A stretch of 56,940 nt of DNA, counting the filler, from Callorhinchus milii (taxonomy: Eukaryota): assembly GCF_018977255.1 (NCBI RefSeq). It is 2 parts of 2 records of this genome, joined end to end, with 100 filler letters (N's around TTAATTAATTAA, not from the genome) between each part and the next. Parts side by side here need not be neighbours in the genome. Positions count along the whole stretch, not along the records: positions 28,526 to 56,940 come from NW_024705672.1; 1 more part is not named here. One strand, 5' to 3'. This document shows, piece by piece, positions 45,583 through 56,940 of the stretch (position 1 is its first letter; the number at the start of each line of letters is the position of its first letter). A program made the translations under genes and the position numbers. The notes beneath the pieces are model-generated. The model had not been told where the DNA came from. It searched no databases and saw only the letters and a program-made list of their open reading frames with translations.

Positions 45583-48500
45583 ATGAGCGAGCTGAAAGAC
45601 TGCCCGCTGCAGTTCCATGACTTTAAACCTGTGGATCATGTGAAGATGTGCCCCCGATACGCTGCCGTGCTGTCTCGTTCGGAGGACGATGGGATTGGGA
45701 TTGAGGAGCTGGACACATTGCAGCTGGAGCTGGAGACACTGCTGTCCTCAGCCAGTCGGAGACTCCGCATCCTGGAGGCAGAGACTCAGGTACAAACTGG
45801 CCCTGTTGTCTTAACCACAATAGGTACTTGCAGCAAAGCTACTAACCCACTGCTTGACAACATCTTTTTTTCGTGTATCTTTATATTTGATACAGCACCA
45901 ATTACAGTGTGGATTTTCTGTCAGGTGTACTGACTATTTGTAGTTGAGGCCAATTTCACACAAGTTACCACAATCAGCAACTTAGTGAATGACCAGTTTA
46001 CCTGGTGGATTGTTGGTAATCTTTTTCTCTTTTTCATTATTTCCCTATTGTCTCAGTGCTAATTCAGGATATATTGTAAAGTGCAATAGTGGACGAAAAC
46101 AGTAACAACAACAAAATTACATTTGTATTGCGTCTTTCACGTCAGGAGGTCAGAAAGATGTCCCAAGGTGCTGAACAATTAGTGCTTCGGACCGAGCTGG
46201 GGTTCGAGATCGAGGAGGGTGACCGAAGGCACGGTAGAAGAGAAGGGTCTTGAGACAGGTCTTGAAAGAGGCAAAGGAGAGGACGAGGTGGAAGGCCTGC
46301 AGGATGGAGTTCCAGAGGGTGGGGTTCAGAGTGGTTGAAGGCCTGCCTGCCAATTGTGGGGCGGGCGTGGTGGAGGACGTTAAGCCGGCTGGAACCTGCT
46401 GAGTGGAGGGAGCAGGCAGATTGGTAGGGCATTAGGAGGTAGCAGAGATATGGTAAGGCCATGGAGGGCTTTGAAAGTGAGGACCAGGATCTTGAACTGT
46501 ATCATCTGTGGAATGGGAAGCCAGTGGAGTTGGGCGAGGATGGGGGTGAATGAGTCGCAGAGCCTGTGCAGGAGAGGACACAGACTGCAGAGTTCTGGAT
46601 GATCTGCAACCTCTGGAGGAAGGATGTGGGGAGACCGACAAGCAGTGAGTTTGCGTAATCGAGCCTGGGTGTTTTGACTGTGTGTATGAGGGTCTCGGCG
46701 CATGAATGCATGTATAATGCTGTCAGTGCCTGAGGTTTGGAGGTGCTAACGGGAGCCAACCAGGAGGGCCTCGGACTTGTTGATGTTCAGCTGTAGAAAG
46801 TTACCTCTCATCCAGGACTTGATGTCTGACAGACATTCTGGCAGGAGAGCAGTGGTCCTGGAGTCGAGGGTGGGGGCAGAGAGATAGAATCGTAGAATTA
46901 TACAGCACAGAAGGAGGCCATTCAGCCCATCGTGTCTGTGCCGGCTCTTTGAAAAGAGCTTCCAATTCAGTCCCACTCCTCTGCTCTCTCCCCATAGCTC
47001 TGCAAACTCCCATAGTCCTCCCAAAATAATTATCTGCTTCTCTCTTAAAAGTTGTTATCAAATCGGCTTCCAGTACCCTTTTAGGCAATGCGTTCCAGAT
47101 TCGAACAACTCACTGTGTGAAAACATTTCTCCTCGCCTCCCCTCTGTTTCTTTTAACAACTATTTTAAATCGGTGCCCTCGGTTTACCGATCCACCCGTC
47201 AGTGGAAATAGTTTCTCCTTGTTCACTCTATTGAATGCCCTCATAATTTTCAAAACTTCTATTAAGTCTCCTCTTAACCTTCTCTGCTCCAAGGAGAATA
47301 ATCCCAGCTTCTCCAGCCTCTCCTGATAACTGTAGTCGCTCATTCCTGGTACCATCCTGGTAAATCTCCTTTGCCTTGACATCTTTCTTAAAGTGTGGGG
47401 CCCAGAACTGAACACAGTACTCTTAGCTGAGGCCTAACCAGTGTTTTATAAAGGTTCATCATAATTTCCTGAGTTTTGTATTCTATGCCCCTATTTATAA
47501 AGCCTAGTTTCCCGTATGCTTTTTTAACAGTTTTATCTACCTGTCCTGTCACCTTCAAAGATTCACTTATATGACTTCCCAGGACTCTCTGTTCCTTTAT
47601 CCCCTTTAAGATTGTACCATCTGGGTTGTATCATAGAGTTGGGTGTCATCCCCTTTCCTCCTTCAAGGCCGGTCTCAAGACCTTTCTCTTTGACCGTGCC
47701 TTCAGCTCCCCTCTCGACTCTCTACCCCCTCCTCGCTCCCTCCCTTCCCTCACCCTGACCATTTCCCCCCTGCTCGGGTCCTGACCCAACTGTACAGCGC
47801 CTTGGGACGTCCTCCCGACGTGAAAGGCGCTCTATAAATGGAATCTTGTTGTTGTTGTTGATTTGGAAGTTGACCCCATGTCTGCGGATGATGTCACCAA
47901 GAGGGTGCATATAGATATTGAAAAGGAGCAGACCAAGGACAGAGCCCTGATGAGCTCCACACACGACGGTGCGGGGGCTAGAGGAGAAGCTGTTTGTGGA
48001 GAAGAAGTGGAGACGGTGTGAGAGGTAGTATCTGAACCATTCAAGCACAGAACCATGAAGGTTGAGGTGAGATGGAGGATAGAGTTGTCAATGGTATCGA
48101 AGGCAACAGAGAGGTCAAGAAGGATGAGGAAGCAGAGGAAACCCTGGTCGCAGATGGACAAAATGTAATTTGTCACTTTGACCAAAACTGTTTCTGTGCT
48201 GGGGGCAGCAAGGAAACCCGATTGGAGCGGTTTGTGAAGGAAGTGGCGAGAGAGGAAGGAGTGAAGCTGGGAAGCAACAATTTGTTCCAGGACTTTGGAA
48301 AGGAAAGGGAGGTTAATGATGGGGTGGTAATTTGAGTGCAGGGATGGGTCCAGGGAGGGTTTTTTTTTAAGGATGGGAGTGATGACAGCCGTTTTTAAAG
48401 GGGTGGGAACAGTGCCAGTAGACAAGGAGAGGATTATGACATCTGTGAGTATGGGGACAAGGAGGTGGAGGTGAGAGGTAAGGTGATGGGTAGGGATGGG

Positions 48501-51500
48501 GTCGAGGGAGCAGGTGGTCAGCTTCATGTGGTTTATGGTTATGGTGAGAGAGGAGGGGAAGACAGTTTTGAAAGTGTACAGGGAGGGGTGGGTAGGGGCC
48601 GTGGTGGGAGGGGGAGATGGGGAAGGTGTAGTAGTCGGAAGGACAGACACAGTTGAGCAGATCTCCTTGACTTTGTTTTTGAGGAAGTCAAGCATCTCCT
48701 TGCAGTTGGCGCTGGAGGAGAGGATGGGGGAGGCTTCAGAGAGTGATGGAGAAGCGGAACCTGGGCATGTCCTTCACCTCCGAGATTGTCTTGGAGTAGA
48801 AGGACGATTTAGCGGAGGCGAGGGCAGAGCAGTAAGTTTTGCTAAGGTCCAGACCGATCTGCTGATGGACTGGTAAGTTAGATTTGAGCCAGGTGCATTC
48901 GCCACCTGTGCCTTGAGGGAGCAGAGGTGGTTGATGTACCAGGGTGACTTCCGTGAGAAGGAGACGGTTTGGGAAGTGATGGAAGCAAGGCCATCGAGAG
49001 TGGTGGAGAGGGAATTGTGGAGGAGAGTGACCGAGGAGGATGGGTCATTGCGGGAGGAAGCCCAGAGTGGGTGGAGTTCTGATGACTCCAAGGCAGCGGA
49101 GAGGAAGTGGAGGGGGAGATTTTTTTCCAGGGGCGGTATGAGATGGAGGTAGGCTGGGTGGTGGTAGGGAGAGGGATTGAGGAGTTAAGGGAGATGAAGT
49201 AATAGTCCGAGATGACTTTGTCTGTGATGGTGAGGTCCGAGATGCTGAGGCCCCAGGTAATCACCAGGTCAAGCGCGTGGCCATGGACGTTGGTAGCGTG
49301 GATGTGAAGGGAGAGGTTGTGAGAGGAAAGGAGAGAGAGGAAGTTAGTGGAGATAGAGCAGGAGGGGATGAAGTGCAGGTTGAAGTTGCCTAGGATGAGA
49401 AAGTGTTCGGGGCAGAGGGAGAGGGAAGACAGAGTGGAGATGTCGGGGAGGAGGGTGAGGGAGGGTTTGGGGGGGTCAATAGACCAGGAGGATTTTGAGG
49501 GATAGGTTGGAGGGACGGTAGATGGTAAGGTGCTCAAAGGAGGGGAAGTTCCAGAGGAGGAAGGGGATAGGCCGAATGCGGAGCAGGAGATTAGAGCCAC
49601 ACCGCCCACCATGGTGGTTAGGTTGTGGGGTATGGTGGAAGGTGTAGTTGGGTGTGTGGCCTCGGTCAGGGAGAAGGTGTCGCCTGGGGTGACCCAGGTT
49701 TCGGTGAGGCCGAGGATGTCGATGTTTTCGTTGACAATGAGGTCTTGGACAGTGAGTGTTTTGCTGGAAAAAGGAACGGATATTTTGTAGGTCGATGTGG
49801 AAGGGAGGTGAAGCTGGCGGTGGAGGAATGGGTGAGAAGGAGGGAGGGTAGGGGGAGGATTGACACGGAGGGTGAGAATGTGGATAAGGGAGGAAACTAA
49901 TTGGCCCTCAGGGTCTGAGGGGCCTTGCGGCGGAGGTGGAGGATGGGGCAGTCAGGGTGGCGGTTGTTGGACAGCCAGTGGTATCTGCCACGGTGGGTGC
50001 GAAGGAGGATTCGCAGCCTGGAGCAGAGGAAGGCTATGGGACGATCGAGCAGGGATAGGAGGCGGGGGGGGGGGGTGGTGAGAGAGAAGGGTTGAGCAGG
50101 AGTAATGGAGGGTAGGGCACAGGGGTGGTAGCATTTTTGGGAGAAGCAGCTCGGGTCGGTGACAGCCGGCCGGCAAAATGCGCACGCTGAGACTAAGAGC
50201 AGGGGAGGGGGGCAGCGTGGCATGGTCAGCCAGCTGGCATGGAACATGGGGCAGGAGTGTGAGTTTAGTGTGAGGCTAGACTGAACAGTGATGCTGCTGA
50301 CAGGATGGTTTTACTGATATATTGTGGTGTGTTCTGCCCTTCTTGCTCTATCAGTGTAGATAGGAACGATTATTCTGTGCTCTGTGTAGGTATTGCTTCC
50401 TGCACCAGAGCATTTCCTCTGTTGATCGTAGATGGGAGATTTCAGGCAGATTGGATGAGCAGACAATATATCTCATCACTCAGTTCAGGATCTGCTGTAA
50501 TCTCTTGATTTGAGGTTGCCTTGCTGTGCACCTAGCAGTGTGATTATCTACTCGGTACCATTTTCAGTCATTGTTTGTAACCTTTACCATTTAGTCAGCC
50601 TGGCTCAGTAGCACTTTTGAGTCTGATTCCAAAGGTTGTAAATTCACATTATCCATGCTGAAAACTCCAGTGTGGGAGGAGGTGCTGGCCTTCAGATAAG
50701 ACAATAAAATCAAGGTCTGGCTGTTCAGTGGATGTTAAAGATCCGAAGAATGATGCACTGTTTGAATAAATACTGGAGAAGGGAGTTTTTCACCTCAGTC
50801 TCCAGTCCAGCCTCGGTGCAGCCCGGATAAAATTAGTCATTCACTTCATTACTGTTTTGGGGGATTTGCTGTATGCGAATTGTCTGTACATTTACCCAGA
50901 ATTTACAGTTTATTGACATGAAAAACAGAATTTAAATGTAAGGATTATTTATTAATTTATTGATAACATAACCCTAACCCTAACACCCCACCCCCCCCGC
51001 ACTGCTCTGGAGTGTCAGCCAGGTCTGAGCTCAAAGCCCAGATGTGAGCTTGAACTTCTGCCCCAGAAGCAACTTGAGATGTACATTTAATGTCCAAGCG
51101 GTGCTCCTCACTATCCATTCTCCAGACAGTGACAGAACCTTTCATTGTCCTCACAAAACCTTGGATAATTGCGAAGATTTCTTTCCTTTTGAGGATTTTC
51201 AGTCTATTTATTTCAGATCCTCACAGACTGGCAGGATAAAAAGGGAGACAAGCGGTTAATAAAATTTGGGAAGGAGCAGGAGCACGGACCACCACAGAAA
51301 CACGGCAAACCCAAGAAACAGAAAATGGATGGGAAAGGCAGCCATGGTAGCGGCCCTGGCCCCGGCCGGCCCAAATCCAAAAATCTGCAGCCCAAAATCC
51401 AGGAGTATGAATTCACAGATGATCCTTTGGACGTTCCTAGGATCCCAAAGAATGATGCCCCGAACAGGTAGGGTTTGTGTTCTGTACATCCACTCTCTAC

Positions 51501-54080
51501 CTCAGTAGCTCTGTGACCAGCTGATAGGTTTAATATAATACAAATCTACATTTATACATTGCTTTTCACATTGGGAGGATGTGAAAGTCTGAAGCACTTC
51601 ATAGGATACAAGCCTCAACGGTGAGTGTCCAGCTCACTTCGCAGCAGAGATCACAGGATTGAGTCAGCCCATTTGATTTGATGCTTTCAGAATCCCTGCC
51701 CTTGGGGATTGGATACAACAAGAACAAGATTCCATTTATAGAGCGCCTTTCACGTCGGGAGGACGTCCCAAGGCGCTGGACAGTTGGGTCACAGCTGGAT
51801 AGTACAACAGCAACAACAACTTGCATTTAGATCGTGCTCTTCACGAGAGGAAGCGGTTTAGAGCATTGAACGATGGCAAAGTTTAACCCGAGCCAGGAGA
51901 AAGGGGAGGTCACCGAAGGCACGGTCGAAAAGTGTGCGATTTAAAGGTGAGAAAGAGGTGGCATGACAGGGATTGAGACCAGAGTTCCAGAGGGTCAGGG
52001 TGCAGTAATCAGAAAGGGAAACCCTGATGAATTTCGCCTCCAAACCTAGGCCACTTGAAAGGTCCAAACTGAGATCAGCTAAAACCTGTTTGCAGGTTCT
52101 GGGCTTCGGTGGAGCCGTATTGTGCTGACATCACGAATGAGGAGATCCGTGTCCTGGAGGAGCTGCTGAAACCCCCTGAGGATGAAGCGGATTATTACAA
52201 GGTAATCCTATAACCTGCTTACCCCAGTTTAAAACTCCCAGACTCCGTTCTTGATAACTTTCTGCACCTGCCGTCCCACTTTTAGTGATCTGTAGATTTG
52301 TCCCCTCAGATCCCTCTGCTCCTCCACTCCCTGATTTATCTAAGTACACCCTGTACTTCCTGAAATGTAGCAGTTCACAATGTCACATTAAACTATATGT
52401 GCCACTTGTCTGCCTATCCCTCCAGTCTCTCAGTGTTCTGAAGTCGTGGACAATTATTTTCACAATTTGCTCATTCTCCCAATGTAGCAACATGTTCTAT
52501 TCTGTTTCTAATTATGAAGAAGTGTACATCAGTGAGAAACTAGGTATTGTGCAGAGATTGGTAAGAAAGAACTTGTATTTTTATGCAGCTTATTTCTTTG
52601 AAATGTCACAATGGGCTTTTCAGTAATTACTGTGAAGTGCAGTAACTGTTCTGAAGCTATTTTGCACACTTTTGCAATGCTTCTTTTCCATTGTGTCACC
52701 TTTAGTGTTAACTTTAATGTCTCATCTGAAGGGTGGCACCTCTGACAATGCAGCCCACCCCAGAATTGCTCTGGAGTGAGCCTGGCTGTAAGCTCAAGCC
52801 GACGGCAAAGTCTTGAGAGTTTCACCAACTGAGTGTCTCCTGTTAGAGCACGGAGATTCAGTCGCGGAAGAATGATGCTGGGTGACTGGGGGCAGAGCTG
52901 GGTGTATGAATTGGCTCCAGTCAGTCACAGTTCACAGATTTCCTTCTTGCCAGATCCCACCACTGGGGAAGCACTACTCTCAGCGCTGGGCACAAGAGGA
53001 CCTGCAGGATGAGCAGAAGGAGGGAGCGCGTGCAGCGGCTGCTGACAAGAAGAAAGCCATGCTGGGAACTTTAGCTGAACTGGACTCTAAAGGTAGTGGG
53101 TGGGGAGTGGGTGTGGGGTAAGGTTTCAGAAATTATTCCTGTTGGGGTAACTGCTGGTGTCTAACCAGCTGAAGCCACACAGCTTGAGAGCACTGTCCAG
53201 CAAACTTCCTTCTCCATGTCCAGCTGGGACCATGTTAACTACTTGCAGGGTTAACAGGAGCTGAGTGGGAGGATTCCCTGCCCCCAGTGACTAATCTACC
53301 CTTCAAAGTCCTGCTGATGATCCAGGCCCTGGAATATTACAGACCCGTCTGGCTCAAGAATTGGATGACCGAGATATTGCCAAACATCACCTTGGAGCCA
53401 GATCAACTCTTAAAAGACCCTGCTTACCTCCTTCCCCACCACGCAACCCCCGCCCGAGGAACATGTAACATTGGAGATACCATACAGCCTATACTGCACC
53501 TAAGGGGCTATTTGATGCCCTGCAGCTGTCAGCTGTATCCAGCCTATGTCCCAGCACAGCGGAATCCTGTACTCAGCTTGGTTTGGACAGCGCTCGGTCC
53601 ATAGGGTAATTGCCCTCTGAAAATAAATAGCTCCCATTATCTGTTCTGTTTGTTTTATATCAGCCTGCAGTATGCGGTGAGGCCCTCTGTGTGCGTATGT
53701 ATGTGTGTGTGTGTGCAGTGACGTTGTGTGTGTGTGTGTGCGCAGTGTGGACCTGTGTGTGTGTGTATACAGTTAGGACCTGTGTGTGAAGTGAGGACCT
53801 GTGTGTGTATATGTGTGTGTGTGCAGTGAGACCCTATGTGTGTGTGTGTGCAGAGAAGCTTTGTGTGTGCACTGAGGCCATGTATGTGCAGTGAGGCTCT
53901 GTATGCGTGAGTGTGCAGTGAGGCCCTGTGTGTATGTGTGCAGTGAGGGCCCATGTGTGCAGTGAGGCCCTGTGTGTGTGTGTGTTTGTGCATTGAGGCC
54001 CTATGCACGTGTTTGTGTATGTAGTGAGGCCATGTGCATGTATGTGCAGTTAGGCCCTGTGTGTGTGTGCAGTTAGGCCC

Positions 54081-54112
<32 letters not shown>

Positions 54113-56501
54113 TAGGCCCTGTCTGTGTGCAGTTAGGCCCTGTGTGTGTGCAGTGAGACCCTGTGTGTGACCCAACTGTCCAGCGCCTTGGGACGTCCTC
54201 CCAACGTGAAAGGCGCTCTATAAATGCAATCTTCTTGTTGTGTGTGTGTGTGTGCAGTGAAGCCTTGCGTGTGTGCATGTGTGTGTGTGTGTGCAGTGAG
54301 GTCCTGTGTATGTGTGCAGTGAGGTCTTGTGTGTGTGTGTGTGTGCAGTGAGGCCCTGTGTGTGTGTGTGCAGTGAGGCTCTGTGTGTGTATGTGTGCAG
54401 TGAAGGCCCGTGTGTGTGGGTGCACGCAGTGAGGCCCTGTGTGTGTGCAGTTAGGCCCTGTGTGTGTGTGTAGTGAGGCCCGGTGTGTGTGTGTGTAGTG
54501 AGGCCCTGTGCATGTGTGTGTCAGTTAGGCCCTGTGTGTGTATGCAGTGAGTCCCTGTGTGTGTCCGTGTAGTCAGGGCCTGTGTGTGTGTGTGCAGTGA
54601 GGCCCTATGTGTGTGTGTGGGTGTGTGCAGTGAGGCCCTGTGTCTTGTATGCAGTGAGGCCCTATGTGTGTGTGCAGTGAGTCTGTGTGTATGTGTGTGA
54701 GGCCCCTGTTTGTGTGTGTTTGTGTATGCAGTGAGGCCGTGTGTGTGTGTGCAGTGAGGCCCTGGGTGTGTATTGTGTGCAATTGAGGGCCCGTGTGCGC
54801 AGTGAGGTCCATTTTGCGCACGTGCATCAGGGACTGCGTGTTTGTGCTGTGAAGCTCTATGTGTGTGTGTATGTGTGCAGTGAGGTCCTGTGTGTGTGTG
54901 TGTAGTGAGGCCCTGTGTGTGTGCAGTGAGGCCCTGTATGTGTGTGTGCAGTGACGCCCTGTGCATATGTGTGTATTCCTCCTGACAGATGTGGACGCAT
55001 TGCTGAAGAAGGAGCAGCACGAGCAGCCCGAGGATGGATGCCCCTTCGGACCCCTCACCCAGCGATTGCTTCAGGCTCTAGTGGAGGTGAGGCCTGCGCA
55101 TACCCAGCTTCTGGGTGCGAGTCCCTGCCAATTCATCAATTAATTTACAGCCATATATTTGTGAATCTCATTGTACCAGTGATATATTTCCCAGGTGCTG
55201 TTGTAGCTGCTGTTGCTGCACCTGCTCACTTGCTCCTTCGCGGCTTTTTGTTTCTCTACATTCCAGGAGAATATTATATCTCCAATGGAGGACTCGCCCA
55301 TCCCGGAGCTTACTGGGAAAGACACTGGGCCTGAGGGTGCTGGTACTTCCCCACGGAGTCAGAACAAGTCCTTCAGGTAAGTGCCTGCTGCCTGCCCCTC
55401 TCTCTGCCCTTCTCCCTGCCCACAGACTGACCCTCTCTTCACCCACTGCCTGTCGTGATGTGCTGGTTTGCCTGTTGCAGTGCTCCTCACACAAAGTCTC
55501 TGGAAGCACGGATTAAGGAAGAGCTGATTGCTCAGGGGTTGCTGGACTCCGAGGACCGTCCAGCTGAGGACTCTGAAGATGAGGTTCTGGCCGAACTCCG
55601 CAAGCGACAGGCAGAGCTGAAAGCACTCAGTGCGCACAATCGGGGAAAGAAACAGGAGCTGCTCAGGTAATAATAATCCTTGCATTTGATATAGCGCTTT
55701 TCACGTCTTCTCGACGTCTCAAAGCGCTTCACAGAATATCCTGTAAAGTGAATTGACTATATTTGGGGGCCAAACATGGCAGCCAATTGCATACAGCAGT
55801 GTTCTACAAACAATCGTGGATTGAACATGTCCCAATTTATTACTGTTTTGTTTTGGAGGGATTATTATTAGGTGTGTGGAGTAAGGAAACTTGCCCAAGG
55901 TTTCGCCCTCTGCCTGGAATTGAACCCAGGTCTCTCACTTGCAAAGCGAGTGCTCTAACCACTGAGCTACAGGACTCCACAGGTAGTGTCACCATGCCGG
56001 GCTCACTTGCGTGTTACGGGTAACAGTGCAGAACAAAGCAAGGCAAACACGGGGTGGGGGAGAATGGGCAGGCGGGCATCAGTGAAAATGTTTGGTCGTT
56101 TGCAGCAGATTTTCAGGTCATGTGGTCATTGAGTGCAGTGGACTCGTTTAGAGGCTGAAACCTGAAAGCGGTGGTGATCAGGTTGTTGCATGACCTCAGG
56201 CTCCAGGGAGGGGAAGGGTGTCTACAATCCCCGGATCACAGTCACATTGCGGGGGCACTGCAGCTCAGAGGTTGCCCAAATGACAATGCCGACCTTATTC
56301 TGATCCAGAGTTGGCAAAGAGGAGCTGAAGAGACAGGAGCTGCGACAGCGAGTGAGGATTGCGGACAATGAGGTCATGGATGCCTTCCGAAAGATCATGG
56401 CCGCCCGGCAAAAGAAACGCACGCCCACCAAGAAAGAGAAGGACCACGCATGGAAAGCGCTGAAGGAGAGGGAAAGCATCCTGAAGCTGCTGGACAGTTA
56501 A
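45583..56501 (+). CDS. TADA3: Transcriptional adaptor 3 (SAGA/ATAC subunit)
   Basis: GT-AG exons 45583-45789 (MSELKDCPLQFHDFK..), 51217-51467, 52096-52201 (FWASVEPYCADIT), 52954-53092, 54989-55086, 55267-55376, 55481-55666, 56309-56501 (..ERESILKLLDS-stop); phases are consistent. Confidence 0.97.
46885..47630 (-). mobile_element. CR1 LINE 3' fragment nested in the L2
   Basis: QRRFTRMVPGM..SYQERLEKLGLFSLEQRRLRGDLIEV; ends in the attctacgattcta tail on minus. Confidence 0.88.
47655..47860 (+). mobile_element. Short L2-tail/SINE fragment (related copies at 51715-51790 minus and 54168-54240 plus)
   Basis: cagcgccttgggacgtcctccc.acgtgaaaggcgctctataaatg followed by (ttg)n. Confidence 0.75.
53665..54965. 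repeat. (GT)n-cagtgaggccct variable minisatellite in a TADA3 intron
   Basis: More than 40 copies of gcagtgaggccct separated by (gt)n. Confidence 0.93.
55668..55978 (-). mobile_element. tRNA-headed SINE with L2-like tail
   Basis: Minus: gtagctcagtggttagagcactcgctttgcaagtgagagacctgggttcaattcc (A and B boxes), then accttgggcaagtt. The tail 55668-55760 matches 38182-38275. Confidence 0.75.
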
Positions 56502-56940
56502 AGCCCAATTCCCTGGACTCTTGACAGCTGCTACTTTACAAAAATTAGTTCAAAGTTTTTTCGTGAAGTTGCCGGCAACACAGATGATGAACAGTGGCCG
56601 CCTGAGCTTAGGGCTCGGGCAGGCCACAGCCAGGCCTGGCCCCTGCGTGGCTATCTTCAGAGTACTGAACCGTGTCTGTCACCAGGTCTGGGTGTGGCAG
56701 TGTTTACCCAGTGCCGTGCCAGGGAGCCTGGTGTGTGGGTAGCTTGTAGCAATGCCACCAGATTTGCATGTGCGACCTGTAACGTGATGTTAACACTTCA
56801 TAGTTTTTGAGAAATACATGTTTTCTGTCATTTAAACTCCTTGAATGAGGTTCCTAGAAACTTATCAATGACAACCTGGGATACAATTAACAGTTCAAGA
56901 CCTGATATCTAGCCACCCGACCCCTCAGCTGCAGCTCCCA

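Larger units (their letters stand above)
46100..50250 (-). mobile_element. Long degenerate L2-clade LINE (APE endonuclease + RT), interrupted by nested insertions
   Basis: GGVALI, ILGNFNLH, GHALDLVIT (endonuclease); [58 protein letters not shown] (RT); (ttg)n tail at ~46105. Confidence 0.9.

Noticed and set aside
55905..55978. Functional tRNA-Ala(TGC)
   Set aside because: Acceptor stem does not pair and the sequence continues into SINE body sequence.
26409..56501. A single locus linking CDC20, ZNF and DYRK4-like with ARPC4 and TADA3
   Set aside because: The adjacency crosses an artificial linker and the two halves differ in composition and repeat content.

Overview
Vertebrate genomic DNA made of two unlike halves joined by an artificial 100-bp spacer (N44-TTAATTAATTAA-N44, 28426-28525). 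The left half is GC3-rich and lamprey-like by inference. It carries a divergent, intron-rich CDC20-like gene (minus strand, 9 exons visible, 3' exons outside the window), a 17-finger C2H2 zinc-finger gene (plus), and the 3' part of a divergent DYRK4-like kinase gene (minus). It is densely filled with Penelope-like (PLE), Tc1, hAT, LTR-like and SINE remnants and minisatellites. Short PLE-terminus-derived elements carry minimal type-I hammerhead ribozymes, three of them on the sense strand inside CDC20 introns. Up to four of the nine CDC20 donors appear to be GC rather than GT. A nested inverted duplication at 13.1-17.0 kb duplicates a CRE/ETS promoter plus first-exon module. The right half is cartilaginous-fish-like by inference: about 8.6 kb of low-complexity DNA, then the conserved head-to-head pair ARPC4 (minus) and TADA3 (plus) with L2, CR1 and SINE insertions. 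Almost all long ORFs in the supplied track are repeat artefacts. Exon structures were assembled by eye and protein identities rest on remembered homologue sequences; no database search was run.
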